Part shown: positions 8,252-18,107 of the stretch, piece after piece
Position numbering within the stretch: the stretch's first letter is position 1
Layout: every line of letters begins with the position of its first letter
IMG/VR virus record: IMGVR_UViG_3300009164_000064
Coordinates: 8,526-72,525 of that record
Source: a virus
Length of the DNA: 64,000 nt
Strand: one strand, 5' to 3'
Notes under the pieces: model-generated
The model's input: the letters and a program-made list of their open reading frames with translations, nothing else
Databases searched by the model: none
What the model was told of the DNA's origin: nothing
Translations under genes and position numbers: made by a program

Positions 8252-9337
8252 TCACTTGACAGACTTAGAAATTGCTTTCATGTAGTGCTGCATGTGAGCA
8301 GGTACGGCGGCTGTCTTGTCTTCGTCATCAACAGTGCCATCAATTTCTTCAGTGATGAAACCAGTTGACTTTGTTGTCTTCTTGTTGGAAATGTTTTCCT
8401 TCAAAATTGAAAGCTTTTTGTCATATGTTTTAGCATCAGTGAATTCGATGCCTTCAGCAAGTGTACGTAGCTTTTCAGATTGAATTGCAGAAAGACCTTC
8501 TGACATTTCATCTAGAGCAGCTTCACGAGTTGCTTCATCAATGATTGCTTGTAGTTCAAGCTTTGAATCGACTGTTTCGTTTAGCTTAGCCTTAACTTCT
8601 TCAAGTTCAGACTTCATCTCAGCAACTAGATCGATTTGTTCGTCTGGAACACGAATATAGTGTTCAGCAAATAGACCATGTAGACCCTGAATGAAATCTT
8701 CAGCAATTTCTGCACGTAATGAATTCTCTACAGCAAGCCTGTTTTCTTCTAGCCATTCCTTGATTGCGTAATCAAGATACTGGTCAAGCTTTTCTGATAG
8801 GTCTTCAAACATATTGTTTGTTTCTTCTTGAAGCTTTGTTTCAAATTCTTCTTCAAGAGCAGCAACAGTTTCTTCAAATTCTTCCTGTAATTCGGCTTCC
8901 TTGAGAGTTGCACGAACAGCTACAGCAGCTTCAAATACAGTTGTTGCCTTTTCCTTAAATTCTTCTGAAAGGTCATCGCTAGCGAACATATCATCGATAT
9001 CTTCCTTAACAGCACCCTTCATAGCGATTGTTGCGGCATTCTTAGCAGCAGCGTCATTTGGAATGTTCGCAGCTTCTTGACCAATTGATGCAACAGTACG
9101 GTTATAAAGATCAGATAGGTCTTCCTTACCAAGCTGTGCAGCAAGCGCAGCAAAGGTAGCAAGCATCTGAGCCTTTGATTCTGTACCACCTGAACCAGCA
9201 CCCGGATTAAGAGTGTCAGCAGCGGTAGCTTCGATAATTTCTCGTGAAGCCTCATCAAGATTGTCAAACTCTTCTTGTGAAAGATTTTCAGCAAACTCTA
9301 GAATTTCCGCTTCAGTCATAGTCTTTAGATCGACCAT
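8252..9337 (-). CDS. 22: Prohead core scaffold protein gp22
   Basis: LSEEFKEKATTVFEAAV, YLDYAIKEWLEENRLAVE and FIQGLHGLFAEHYI; acidic coiled coil between gp21 and gp23. Confidence 0.95.
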   Translation of the reverse strand: MVDLKTMTEAEILEFAENLSQEEFDNLDEASREIIEATAADTLNPGAGSGGTESKAQMLATFAALAAQLGKEDLSDLYNRTVASIGQEAANIPNDAAAKNAATIAMKGAVKEDIDDMFASDDLSEEFKEKATTVFEAAVAVRATLKEAELQEEFEETVAALEEEFETKLQEETNNMFEDLSEKLDQYLDYAIKEWLEENRLAVENSLRAEIAEDFIQGLHGLFAEHYIRVPDEQIDLVAEMKSELEEVKAKLNETVDSKLELQAIIDEATREAALDEMSEGLSAIQSEKLRTLAEGIEFTDAKTYDKKLSILKENISNKKTTKSTGFITEEIDGTVDDEDKTAAVPAHMQHYMKAISKSVK

Positions 9338-9369
9338 CTTTTACTCCTCTGTATAGTTTATAGTATTTA

Positions 9370-10047
9370 TTAAAATGTAATCTTTGACAGTTTTGCCAAA
9401 TAATTCTCGAAAATCTTGAGTCTTTTTGTTTCATCAAGTGATCTTGATATAACTGATTTCTCAATAGTCTTCTTGGTTTGTTCAGCTAGTTGGACAGCTT
9501 TCCATCCCATTCTCTCATCATAAATCCAATCAACAGACTCCATGACACCGTTAACAAATGCATTTGGCGCTGAAGGGTCAGCAACAATATCAGCAGCAGT
9601 AGCTAGCCTAAAATCGTTCTGAACTTCGTTGATACCTTCACTGTTAAGTTTTAGAGAACCCATGCCACGTGAAGAAACGCCTAAACGTGCACCAGATTCG
9701 ATTAGTCCTTTGGCAATACCGCCCATTGGAGTATTAGTGATCAAAGCTTTACCAATATAGTCTGTTCCTTCTTTCTTAAGGGAAACAATACGGTGAGAAA
9801 CACGATCAAGGTTGATTTGTGGACCGGGAGGATGATTAAGCTCACCCATAGCAGTCTTAGTATCGATAGATTCTTTTATGTAACGAGCAACTTCTTTGTC
9901 CATTACTTCTTCTGGATACATACGACCATTACGGTTTTTAATTGCAGATTGCAAAAAGATGCCTTCGATATAAAGGTTCTTTGTACCGTCCTCTTTTGCT
10001 TCTGAGACGTATTTAACGTCTTCTAATGTTTCTGTAATAAGTTTCAT
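9370..10047 (-). CDS. 21: Prohead protease gp21
   Basis: LYIEGIFLQSAIKNRNGRMYP, GELNHP, GVSSRGMGSL and DIVADPSAPNA. Confidence 0.97.
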   Translation of the reverse strand: MKLITETLEDVKYVSEAKEDGTKNLYIEGIFLQSAIKNRNGRMYPEEVMDKEVARYIKESIDTKTAMGELNHPPGPQINLDRVSHRIVSLKKEGTDYIGKALITNTPMGGIAKGLIESGARLGVSSRGMGSLKLNSEGINEVQNDFRLATAADIVADPSAPNAFVNGVMESVDWIYDERMGWKAVQLAEQTKKTIEKSVISRSLDETKRLKIFENYLAKLSKITF

Positions 10048-10062
10048 TTATTATTTATCCTT

Positions 10063-10455
10063 TTAGTTCTGGAAGTATGCAGAGTTAGCAGTTAGATTTC
10101 CAACCTTTTGCACTTCAAGGAAACAATAGGCATTATTAGTGCCGATAAACTTAATACCCAGATTTGCTGATTGATCGACAGTAAGAGCCATACCAGTACC
10201 AGCAAAATCAACATATGTTGAAGTGTCAACCGCCAAGACAAGATTTGCACCTCTATAAACAGCAAGACCACCGTCAGCAGCACTACCATCATGACCAAAG
10301 TATAGCTGCGTGATATAAGCACCAGATAGTACTTCATCACCAATAGCAATTGCGCTTACAGTACTATTACCTGTCATAGTCAGGGTTGCATTTGCATTTG
10401 AAATATGAATACTGGCAGCAGTACCCTTTTTATTTGATGTAATAGTTACAGCCAT
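10063..10455 (-). CDS. Hypothetical virion protein (beta-rich, 130 aa)
   Basis: Coupled ORF in the head cluster (TAATG overlap); no recognised motif. Confidence 0.7.
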   Translation of the reverse strand: MAVTITSNKKGTAASIHISNANATLTMTGNSTVSAIAIGDEVLSGAYITQLYFGHDGSAADGGLAVYRGANLVLAVDTSTYVDFAGTGMALTVDQSANLGIKFIGTNNAYCFLEVQKVGNLTANSAYFQN

Positions 10456-11288
10456 TATTCACTCCCATTATTTTCTAAAGCAAAGTCGATGAGTTGGATG
10501 ATACCTTCTCTGTCTTGACATGCATCAATCATTTTAAGTTGGTTGTCTTCATTAAGATTTGTGAATAATGAAAAAAGTAGAACAGTGTGGCCTTCAGAAA
10601 AACCTTCAAGTCTCTTGGCTAATCTTTCTTCCATTGTAAGTGCTTTAATATCAGCTACTTCAGGCATATACTTTTCGATGGTACGATTAATGATATCTTC
10701 TTTAGTATATGATGATTTAATTTTTTTAATTCTATCTCTTTCACTAGCATCATTTCTAGCACCATGAAACTTATATGCTCTGTCTGCATTTTTTTTGTAT
10801 TCTGGGCCAGGCGTTGCTGCTGCTTTATCGCTAGCTGAGTGCTGCGCTCTACTATATAATTCAGGCGATAGTTCGTCGAGTTGTTCAATTTCTTCTTTGG
10901 TCATTTGCTTTTTATCACGAATAGCCGCCATTTTCTGGAATGGCTTTTCACCATCGGGAAGATCAGCAATACGTGTCATCTTACCAACAGTAACCTTTGG
11001 CTTCTTCTTTTTCATGAAGTCAAGCATACCTTCGTCAATTAGTTCTTCTTCATTGACAAATTCATTTTCTTCATATACTTTCTCATCAGCACCAAGATCA
11101 TAACCATGACGTGTCTTTTTACGTTCAACGGCCTTAATATTCGTTGCCTTGAAAACATCGTCGCCATTAGCCTTACCGTTGACTTCATTGCGATCTTTTA
11201 TTTTAACAGTAACGTGCTTATCCACGAACTTTTGTTCATCTGGTGACTTTGGTCTGTAGACCTCAAACATGTCCTTAATCGTCTTCAT
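10455..11288 (-). CDS. Probable prohead core / internal head protein (gp68-position)
   Basis: Position between the gp67-like gene and gp21; N-terminus MKTIKDMFE resembles a capsid-targeting sequence; repeated (I/L)-x-E motifs (LIDEG, EQLDELS). Confidence 0.6.
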   Translation of the reverse strand: MKTIKDMFEVYRPKSPDEQKFVDKHVTVKIKDRNEVNGKANGDDVFKATNIKAVERKKTRHGYDLGADEKVYEENEFVNEEELIDEGMLDFMKKKKPKVTVGKMTRIADLPDGEKPFQKMAAIRDKKQMTKEEIEQLDELSPELYSRAQHSASDKAAATPGPEYKKNADRAYKFHGARNDASERDRIKKIKSSYTKEDIINRTIEKYMPEVADIKALTMEERLAKRLEGFSEGHTVLLFSLFTNLNEDNQLKMIDACQDREGIIQLIDFALENNGSE

Positions 11289-11556
11289 CTGTTCCGTCCT
11301 TTGTTTCTAAGTCTAAATCGTCTAGGTCCAGATCAATATCGTCTAGGTCAAGATCAGCAATGTCTACATCTAAATCATCATTTTCAGCATCAGTATCTTC
11401 TGGTTGTTCTTCACCATAGATATCCTGAGCTAGCTCAACTTTTTTGTCGGCAATTGCATCAGAAGCCTTTTGGCGAAGAAGCGTGTCTAGCGTATCAGCA
11501 AAATCCACAGGATTCTTATTAATAGCCAGACCAATTAAATCAGCAGTGTCAGTCAT
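11275..11556 (-). CDS. Prohead core protein, gp67-like
   Basis: Small, highly acidic C-terminus; immediately downstream of the portal gene. Confidence 0.65.
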   Translation of the reverse strand: MTDTADLIGLAINKNPVDFADTLDTLLRQKASDAIADKKVELAQDIYGEEQPEDTDAENDDLDVDIADLDLDDIDLDLDDLDLETKDGTDEDD

Positions 11557-11592
11557 AATTTTCTTCCTTTAATCAATTAGATTATATATTTA

Positions 11593-13212
11593 TCACTTTG
11601 TTTTTTTAGGTGGAGCATATGCATATTCTGTTCCACTAGTTGTATCTGCTGGAGGAACATACGAATACTCATCGCCACCAGCACCATCTGTTTGTCCACC
11701 GCCATCAGGCATCTGAGGTTCTGGTGGATTATACTGAGGGTTTTCCATTTCAGCGACAATCTGCTCATTAATCTCTTCAATTTCTTCATCTGTCTGTCTT
11801 AGAACTTGTCTTCTAACCCATTCGTGTGAGAAATACTTTCCAGTATAATTATCAATTTGTTGTAAAGCAGCTAAACGATTATTTAAAACTTCTGCTTCTT
11901 TCAATTCAGCAAAGTAATTGTCTTGTGAGAACTTAAAGCGAACAACATTCTTGATTTCATCCCATTCTTCAGGAGTGATAATTCCCTTTAAGATAAGTTG
12001 GCGCTCAAGAATTTTTGAGAAAAGAGTTGAGAACTTGATACGAAGTCTGTTAATAAATTTAGCAAACTTCACTTCATCACGTGTGATTTCTGTTGCTCTA
12101 CCAAAGTTAAACTGCGCCTCTGGATCAAGGCGGCTAATAGGAACATTCAATGACTTATACAGCTTCTTTTGGAAGTAGATAACGTCATCCATCTGACCAA
12201 GGTTTTGTCCACCTGGTAGAGTTGTAATTTCTGTTCCCTTACCACCTTCACGGCGAGGTAGCCAAAAATCTTCTAGCATGGTCATGAACTTACGATCATC
12301 TCTGATTTCGCCAGTGGCGCTATCGTAGACCAGTTTGTTCTTGAACTTAGTCATGATATCACGTAGATATTGTTCAGCCTTCATCTTAGGAAGGTTGCCA
12401 ACGTCAATATAGAAAATACGGCGTTCTGGTGCACGACTGATACGATAAATGACCAGTGAGTCTTCCATGGAACGAAGTTGGTTTAGTGGCTTGATTGCCT
12501 TATGAAGATATGATTGAACCAAGTCACCATTTAATGAGGTGATGCCTGAAGTACAATGGACAATAGAGTCCTTAGCAATCTTTAGGCCACCAATGTTATT
12601 TGTTGGGATAGAAGAGTTACCAGAAGTCTTGGAAAATCCTTTATCACTGTAGATGTAGTATTCACTACTAGTCTTATTCGCTGTTTGGTTATCCTGAAGT
12701 TTCTTTTTTCTTACTTCACGAACTTTACGAATCTTACGTGGATCAATATATCTTAATTCTTGAATGCCAAGATTTTGTTGTTTTTCATCAATAATTGCAT
12801 GGTAGTATAACCTACCATCAACATACCAACGACGAAATACTTCATATGATAACTGATTGAATTCAAGCAGATTGAGTACTTCTTTAAATTCTTCAATAAA
12901 AATTTTCTTTACTTTATCAGACAACTCTGGAAGATCATCAAGTATTAATTCAACAGGTTCCACTTCTGGCTCCTGTGTAATAACTTCGTTGACAATATCA
13001 TCAATTGCCATATCAACTTCAGGGTGCATTGACATTTCACGGTACTTATTTACTAGTTCCGCTTCTGTTCTAATGGAGCCGTCCAAATCAACATAGGTAC
13101 CATATACGCCACCTTCAGCTACAACAACGGCCCCATCGTCTGTTTGCTTTGGAGCAAAAGAGATGGGTTCCGGTGTTTTTTTCTTTATTTCAAAACCAAA
13201 TAATTCAGCCAC
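11593..13212 (-). CDS. 20: Portal vertex protein gp20
   Basis: MAELFGFEI, YLHKAIKPLNQLRSMEDSLVIYRISRAPERRIFYIDVGNLPK and EDFWLPRREGGKGTEITTLPGGQNLG. Confidence 0.99.
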   Translation of the reverse strand: MAELFGFEIKKKTPEPISFAPKQTDDGAVVVAEGGVYGTYVDLDGSIRTEAELVNKYREMSMHPEVDMAIDDIVNEVITQEPEVEPVELILDDLPELSDKVKKIFIEEFKEVLNLLEFNQLSYEVFRRWYVDGRLYYHAIIDEKQQNLGIQELRYIDPRKIRKVREVRKKKLQDNQTANKTSSEYYIYSDKGFSKTSGNSSIPTNNIGGLKIAKDSIVHCTSGITSLNGDLVQSYLHKAIKPLNQLRSMEDSLVIYRISRAPERRIFYIDVGNLPKMKAEQYLRDIMTKFKNKLVYDSATGEIRDDRKFMTMLEDFWLPRREGGKGTEITTLPGGQNLGQMDDVIYFQKKLYKSLNVPISRLDPEAQFNFGRATEITRDEVKFAKFINRLRIKFSTLFSKILERQLILKGIITPEEWDEIKNVVRFKFSQDNYFAELKEAEVLNNRLAALQQIDNYTGKYFSHEWVRRQVLRQTDEEIEEINEQIVAEMENPQYNPPEPQMPDGGGQTDGAGGDEYSYVPPADTTSGTEYAYAPPKKTK

Positions 13213-13233
13213 ATTATATCCTAACTTATCAAA

Positions 13234-13836
13234 TTACTTTAATTCTGGTCCGGGACCCGAACCATCTCCACCTTCATTCTTGGAATCAATTTCATACCAA
13301 TCATATGCAAATGTAACTTGGAATTTTTCAACTTGATCTGTTGCTGCCCAATCAAGTTCAATTTGTGTAATTTCAATTGGGAACATATTTTTAAACGTAT
13401 ACGAACGGAGTATTTTTGGATTGCTCTTTGGACCGTTTTTACTATATTGCTTTACAGTAGCATTTGCTTTATAGTTACTTGGTTCTGTTGATCCAAAAGT
13501 ATTTAAGTTTCCTTCAAGTGAATTGATCTTATTGTGCCATTCTTCCATGATCTTACGAATAGCAAAGTCTTCATCATTTAGAATTGTTACTCCCCACATA
13601 TCGAAGGTTCTATCCCCTGCAATCTTAATTTTACGACCCATGTATGAAATTTCAATGGGCTGTATAGCTGATTGTGGGATTGTTGTTGATTCAACAAGAA
13701 ATTCTGATAGATTGTTTAATGATCCACCATTAGTAAGCCCACCAGTAGGTGCATGTAATGCTACGCTGAAAAGCGTATTACGAGCACCACCGAATTTTAA
13801 TGCCTTTGAAGCAAAATCGTTAATTGAAAATGCCAT
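13234..13836 (-). CDS. 19: Tail tube protein gp19
   Basis: GGARNTLF, YMGRKIKIAGDRTFDMWGVTILNDEDFAIR and FQVTFAYDW. Confidence 0.97.
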   Translation of the reverse strand: MAFSINDFASKALKFGGARNTLFSVALHAPTGGLTNGGSLNNLSEFLVESTTIPQSAIQPIEISYMGRKIKIAGDRTFDMWGVTILNDEDFAIRKIMEEWHNKINSLEGNLNTFGSTEPSNYKANATVKQYSKNGPKSNPKILRSYTFKNMFPIEITQIELDWAATDQVEKFQVTFAYDWYEIDSKNEGGDGSGPGPELK

Positions 13837-13857
13837 GTTTTGTGTTCTCCTTTAGTT

Positions 13858-13865
13858 TATTTATA
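13858..13865 (-). promoter_or_regulatory. T4-type late promoter for gp19
   Basis: Exact TATAAATA, followed by AAGGAG RBS. Confidence 0.85.
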
Positions 13866-13871
13866 ACTGTT

Positions 13872-16013
13872 TTAGCCGACAATCTCAGAGAACTCAATGC
13901 CACTTCTAACTGCAACAAAGTTTAGTTGAATGTAGTTAATCGAACGTGCTGGCTTGACATAAATGTCACCAACGAAGCGATTGCTATCTACAACTTGTGC
14001 AGTATTGTTAGAAGCATCACAAATTATCTTAAAGTCATAGATACCACGGCGACCTTGAACATCTCTTAGGAAAGGTTCGACGAGGTTGCGGAACTGTGCA
14101 CGTGTGAATTCATCGTTGAATTCAAACATTGATGACTGAGCAGCAATAGCAATTGTCTTTTCAAGAACAATAAACAGTCTACGAACATTGATACGATCAA
14201 AAGCACTTGGCTTAGCTAGAAGTGTCTTGTCTCCATTTAGGAATGTTCCTTGACCTTGTTGTGAAATAACAGGGTTGACACCATTCTTGTAAAGCAAGTC
14301 TCTTTGAGCCTTGTTTGGATTAAATGCTAGTCTAATAACATTCTTAATCTGACCACGTGTTGTGCCAGCAGGTGAGTACCATGGATCACGTGTAGCATCT
14401 GTACGTACACATAGACCAGCAATATCACCATTGAGTGGGATATAACGATATACGTCATTATACTTGTCATACTGATACTTGTATCCAGAATCCAAGACTG
14501 CAAATGATGATGGTCTTACAGAATTTCTGAAAGCAACTACATCTTCAGCAGCATTTAATGGGTTATTGACAACATCATTAATGTCTGGTGATACGAATAC
14601 AACACAATCTTTACGAACATCAGCAATATTATCAATAACATAGTTTGCTAGTTGTTCTTTGTTTACACCACCACGTGGTTTACCAGTGATGACAAGTGAA
14701 ATGTCAGCTTCTTCAGGAGTAATAAACAAGTCATATGCTCTTGCTAGATCAGCAAACTTAACACCAGTATTTGCATCTTCTGATTCATCCTTATCAGCAC
14801 CATTAACAAATGATAATGTCATTGGAGCAGGAAGAGCAACAGCATTTGATGAAGCAACATTGAATGTAGTGTTTGAAGCAGCACCAGCACGATCAGCACC
14901 AGCCCAAATATAATTTGAACGGTCATTGATGACGTTCTTGTAGAAGTTGGAAGTACCATCTGATAACTTAGCATCAGTTGCACGTGATACGCCTGAGAAT
15001 ACCTCAAGAACTGTACCTGGTGAGCTTGTGAAACCACCATCTTCATCAATAACGACAACGTGTAGTTCATCTAGTTGTGTTAATACATTATTGGTCTGTG
15101 CAGCAATGTCACCATTTGTTGCAACATATGTTGAACGGCCAGGAGCCGCATCAACTTGTGTGTAATATTCCCAATAACGTGTTACGTGTTGTGAAGAAAC
15201 ATCAGTTGAAAGCTTGAATGGTTGTTCAAATTTAAATGTAATTGAAGCAGAGCCAGTGTTAAGACCAGCAACATTTGCTACAGTAATTGTCTTACCAAGA
15301 ATTTTAAGCGCCTGTGTTCCAGTAGAAGTACTACCAACAAGAATATAGTCACCTACACTGAATTTATTTGCTACAATAACTGCATTAGCATATGGTGTTG
15401 ATCCAGCAAAGTTATTTGCATTTGGATTATACAGGTTAATAGTACCAAATGTGCTACCAACAGTAACCTCAAACTTTGTATTTGCAGTTGTAAAGTTTGA
15501 ATCAATTAGAGCAACATTTGTTGAGTATTGAGTTGGGTTATCGCAGACAGATACCTTTAGGCTGTTACCAAGAGCGCCTGGGCAACGAGCAACATATGTA
15601 ACCTCTGAGGCATTGATTGTTGCTTGCTTTGTTGTAAAGTCATATTCATTCAGAACAGTATAAATTGCGTTTGCACTAACAGTAGCTGTGCTATTAGCAA
15701 CAGCAATAGCTGAAGTTGTTAGGCTTGAGTTAGCTGCACGACTAATGTATAGTGCGTTTGAATATGAAAGAAAGTTAGCTGCTGTGAAGAAGGTTTCTGG
15801 GTTAATTGAAGTTGGCCTACCAAACTTAGCAACCAGATCATTTTCAGAAGTAACTAGTGTGCGAACGCCCACTGGTCCCCAACGAAATACACCAGCAAAC
15901 GCACCAACTGTAGTATCTACAGCAGGTGTTGTTGTTGTAAGATCGATTTCTGAAATATTGATGCCGGGGCTAATTTGAAAACCACCACCTGAACCAAAAT
16001 TTTGTACGGCCAT
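13872..16013 (-). CDS. 18: Tail sheath protein gp18
   Basis: FQISPGINISEIDLT, DSGYKYQYDKYND, PWYSPAGTTRG and SAFDRINVRRLF. Confidence 0.98.
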   Translation of the reverse strand: MAVQNFGSGGGFQISPGINISEIDLTTTTPAVDTTVGAFAGVFRWGPVGVRTLVTSENDLVAKFGRPTSINPETFFTAANFLSYSNALYISRAANSSLTTSAIAVANSTATVSANAIYTVLNEYDFTTKQATINASEVTYVARCPGALGNSLKVSVCDNPTQYSTNVALIDSNFTTANTKFEVTVGSTFGTINLYNPNANNFAGSTPYANAVIVANKFSVGDYILVGSTSTGTQALKILGKTITVANVAGLNTGSASITFKFEQPFKLSTDVSSQHVTRYWEYYTQVDAAPGRSTYVATNGDIAAQTNNVLTQLDELHVVVIDEDGGFTSSPGTVLEVFSGVSRATDAKLSDGTSNFYKNVINDRSNYIWAGADRAGAASNTTFNVASSNAVALPAPMTLSFVNGADKDESEDANTGVKFADLARAYDLFITPEEADISLVITGKPRGGVNKEQLANYVIDNIADVRKDCVVFVSPDINDVVNNPLNAAEDVVAFRNSVRPSSFAVLDSGYKYQYDKYNDVYRYIPLNGDIAGLCVRTDATRDPWYSPAGTTRGQIKNVIRLAFNPNKAQRDLLYKNGVNPVISQQGQGTFLNGDKTLLAKPSAFDRINVRRLFIVLEKTIAIAAQSSMFEFNDEFTRAQFRNLVEPFLRDVQGRRGIYDFKIICDASNNTAQVVDSNRFVGDIYVKPARSINYIQLNFVAVRSGIEFSEIVG

Positions 16014-16056
16014 TTATATCTCCTTTGAAAGATTTTTTGCATGTTCTACATGATTA

Positions 16057-16064
16057 TATTTATA
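16057..16064 (-). promoter_or_regulatory. T4-type late promoter for gp18
   Basis: Exact TATAAATA upstream of AAGGAG RBS. Confidence 0.85.
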
Positions 16065-16075
16065 AAATAACGGAA

Positions 16076-17701
16076 TTAGAAGAACATGAATTCTCTGGAC
16101 GGATTTCGAACTAAATCGATAATATCATCATCGGGCTGACCATCATCCATAAACCCAAATGGAACCAGATCATTTTCTAACTCTTCTTCTGTTTTGTCTC
16201 TTAATTTCATCAAGGTATTAATATCTGTCAATTCTCTGAAGTACTGTTGATCAGTCATCCATGCAAATAGTACTAGACCCATTACCAAATCGTCATTACA
16301 TCCCTGTTCAGCTTCGTATGATATGCCCTTTTTAGAAAAACGTGACAATTCATGGATGGTGTCATGATCATTAATAATTAATTGTCTTTGTTCGATAAGA
16401 AGCTTGAGCATAGAACAACCAATAGCCTTTACAGTCTTAGTTGTTCTGATACCCCTATCAATACCGCTTCCTTTGCCAAAGCCAGTTGATATTCTTTTTC
16501 CTCTTGCACCAGCATTTTCAGTATATACAATTGTTTCACATTCATAATCATAATATAATGAGTCAGCAACTTGTGCGCCTACATCATTAATTTCTACAAG
16601 GATTGTAGCATTGTTATATGCTTTTGAAGTCCTATATATAGTCCCGCTGTAATCTAGCGGTGTTACCATATTGTTTTTGTATGTACATACTTGTTGATAT
16701 GGCATAGTAGTAACATCAATTACTTGAAAAGCAGAATAGTCTAATCCCTTTCCTCTTGATACGTCAACAACAATGACATAGCTACAATCTTTAACTGGAT
16801 CATAGTATTTATTCAAACCATCATGTGAGGTTAGAGCAGCCTGAGATACAAGTGTTTTTAGGACAGCACCTGAAATGAGTGTGCCTGATGAACCTTGAAA
16901 CTGACATTCAAATTCCTGAGCAAACTTCTCAAGATCAAAGTCCATAGCAGCGATGGTTTCCTTGTACCATGCTTCACCACGACCAGGCACACGTTGCCAA
17001 GGAACTTCAACATACTGATAACCATTTGTGCCATTTTCAGCACCATTACAAGTTTTGTAAAAGTGATTTAGACCATTTGGAGTAGATGTAAAGAGAATCT
17101 TTGTTGTTTCACCAGATGATATAGTTGGGAAAACAGAAGCAAAGAATTCATCCCAATTTTCAACGAATGCAGCCTCATCGATGTATAGTAGTGAGATTGA
17201 CTTACCACGAATAGCTGAAGAGCTTGTAGCAGCCGCTAGAACCTTACAACCATTCTCTAGTTCAATTGAACCCTTGTTCCACTCCACAACGCCTTGCTGT
17301 AGCCAATCAGGAAGGCTTTCATATGATAACTTGATACGATCAAGGATTTCACGTGCAGCATCGCCCTTGTTAGCTAGAAGAGCAACTGTCTTATGCTCAT
17401 TAAACAGAATGTAATGAAGAATGATTGCAGCCGCTGTGGTAGTCTTACCAGCCTGACGTGATGTAACAACCGTAACACGACGATTGTTCGTAACCTTTGT
17501 CATGATTTCTTTTTGATAATCGTAAAGTACAATAGGAATCAAACCACGGTCAACGTGTACGATTTGAATGTACTTCTCAGCAAAATAAATTGGGTCATCT
17601 TTACATTTGATGAACTCCTGAAGCATTTCAGCAGACCATTGAATCTGCCTTCTTGCCTTCTTTAAATTTACATTACCATTATAACCTTTACTTATTATCA
17701 T
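16076..17701 (-). CDS. 17: Terminase large subunit gp17
   Basis: YNGNVNLK, SRQAGKTT, LLYIDEAAF, STPNG, DVSRGKGLDYS and NDDLVM. Confidence 0.98.
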   Translation of the reverse strand: MIISKGYNGNVNLKKARRQIQWSAEMLQEFIKCKDDPIYFAEKYIQIVHVDRGLIPIVLYDYQKEIMTKVTNNRRVTVVTSRQAGKTTTAAAIILHYILFNEHKTVALLANKGDAAREILDRIKLSYESLPDWLQQGVVEWNKGSIELENGCKVLAAATSSSAIRGKSISLLYIDEAAFVENWDEFFASVFPTISSGETTKILFTSTPNGLNHFYKTCNGAENGTNGYQYVEVPWQRVPGRGEAWYKETIAAMDFDLEKFAQEFECQFQGSSGTLISGAVLKTLVSQAALTSHDGLNKYYDPVKDCSYVIVVDVSRGKGLDYSAFQVIDVTTMPYQQVCTYKNNMVTPLDYSGTIYRTSKAYNNATILVEINDVGAQVADSLYYDYECETIVYTENAGARGKRISTGFGKGSGIDRGIRTTKTVKAIGCSMLKLLIEQRQLIINDHDTIHELSRFSKKGISYEAEQGCNDDLVMGLVLFAWMTDQQYFRELTDINTLMKLRDKTEEELENDLVPFGFMDDGQPDDDIIDLVRNPSREFMFF

Positions 17702-18107
17702 TATCTTTATTCTTCATGTTCTCAAGCATTTGCTGAAGTTCAGCAGTTGAACCAACAAATAGATTGTTGATTGTCTGTCCACTTTCAGCATCTGGTTTCT
17801 TAGCTATTAATTTTGCTTTTTTGGCTTGTAAATCAACCAGACCCATGCTAATATCAGCATATGTTTTGATCATTGCATTCAATACTTCATATGCTTTAGG
17901 ATGCTGTGACTGTTGAGCAATAGTGAGCATGTCTTGAACCGCTGTCTGGCTAAGATCGATAGCGTTGTTTAGGTTTGTATGGACCTTTTCAATATCTTCT
18001 TCTACCTGTTCATTATCTGTTTGAACAACAGCAGGAACATTAGTTTGATAATCATCAAATTGTGCCATTGGGTTTAGCCCTAAAGCATTATCTAAATATT
18101 TTGACAT
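17688..18107 (-). CDS. 16: Terminase small subunit gp16
   Basis: AQQSQHPKAYEV and NNLFVGSTAELQQML; upstream of gp17. Confidence 0.93.
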   Translation of the reverse strand: MSKYLDNALGLNPMAQFDDYQTNVPAVVQTDNEQVEEDIEKVHTNLNNAIDLSQTAVQDMLTIAQQSQHPKAYEVLNAMIKTYADISMGLVDLQAKKAKLIAKKPDAESGQTINNLFVGSTAELQQMLENMKNKDNDNK

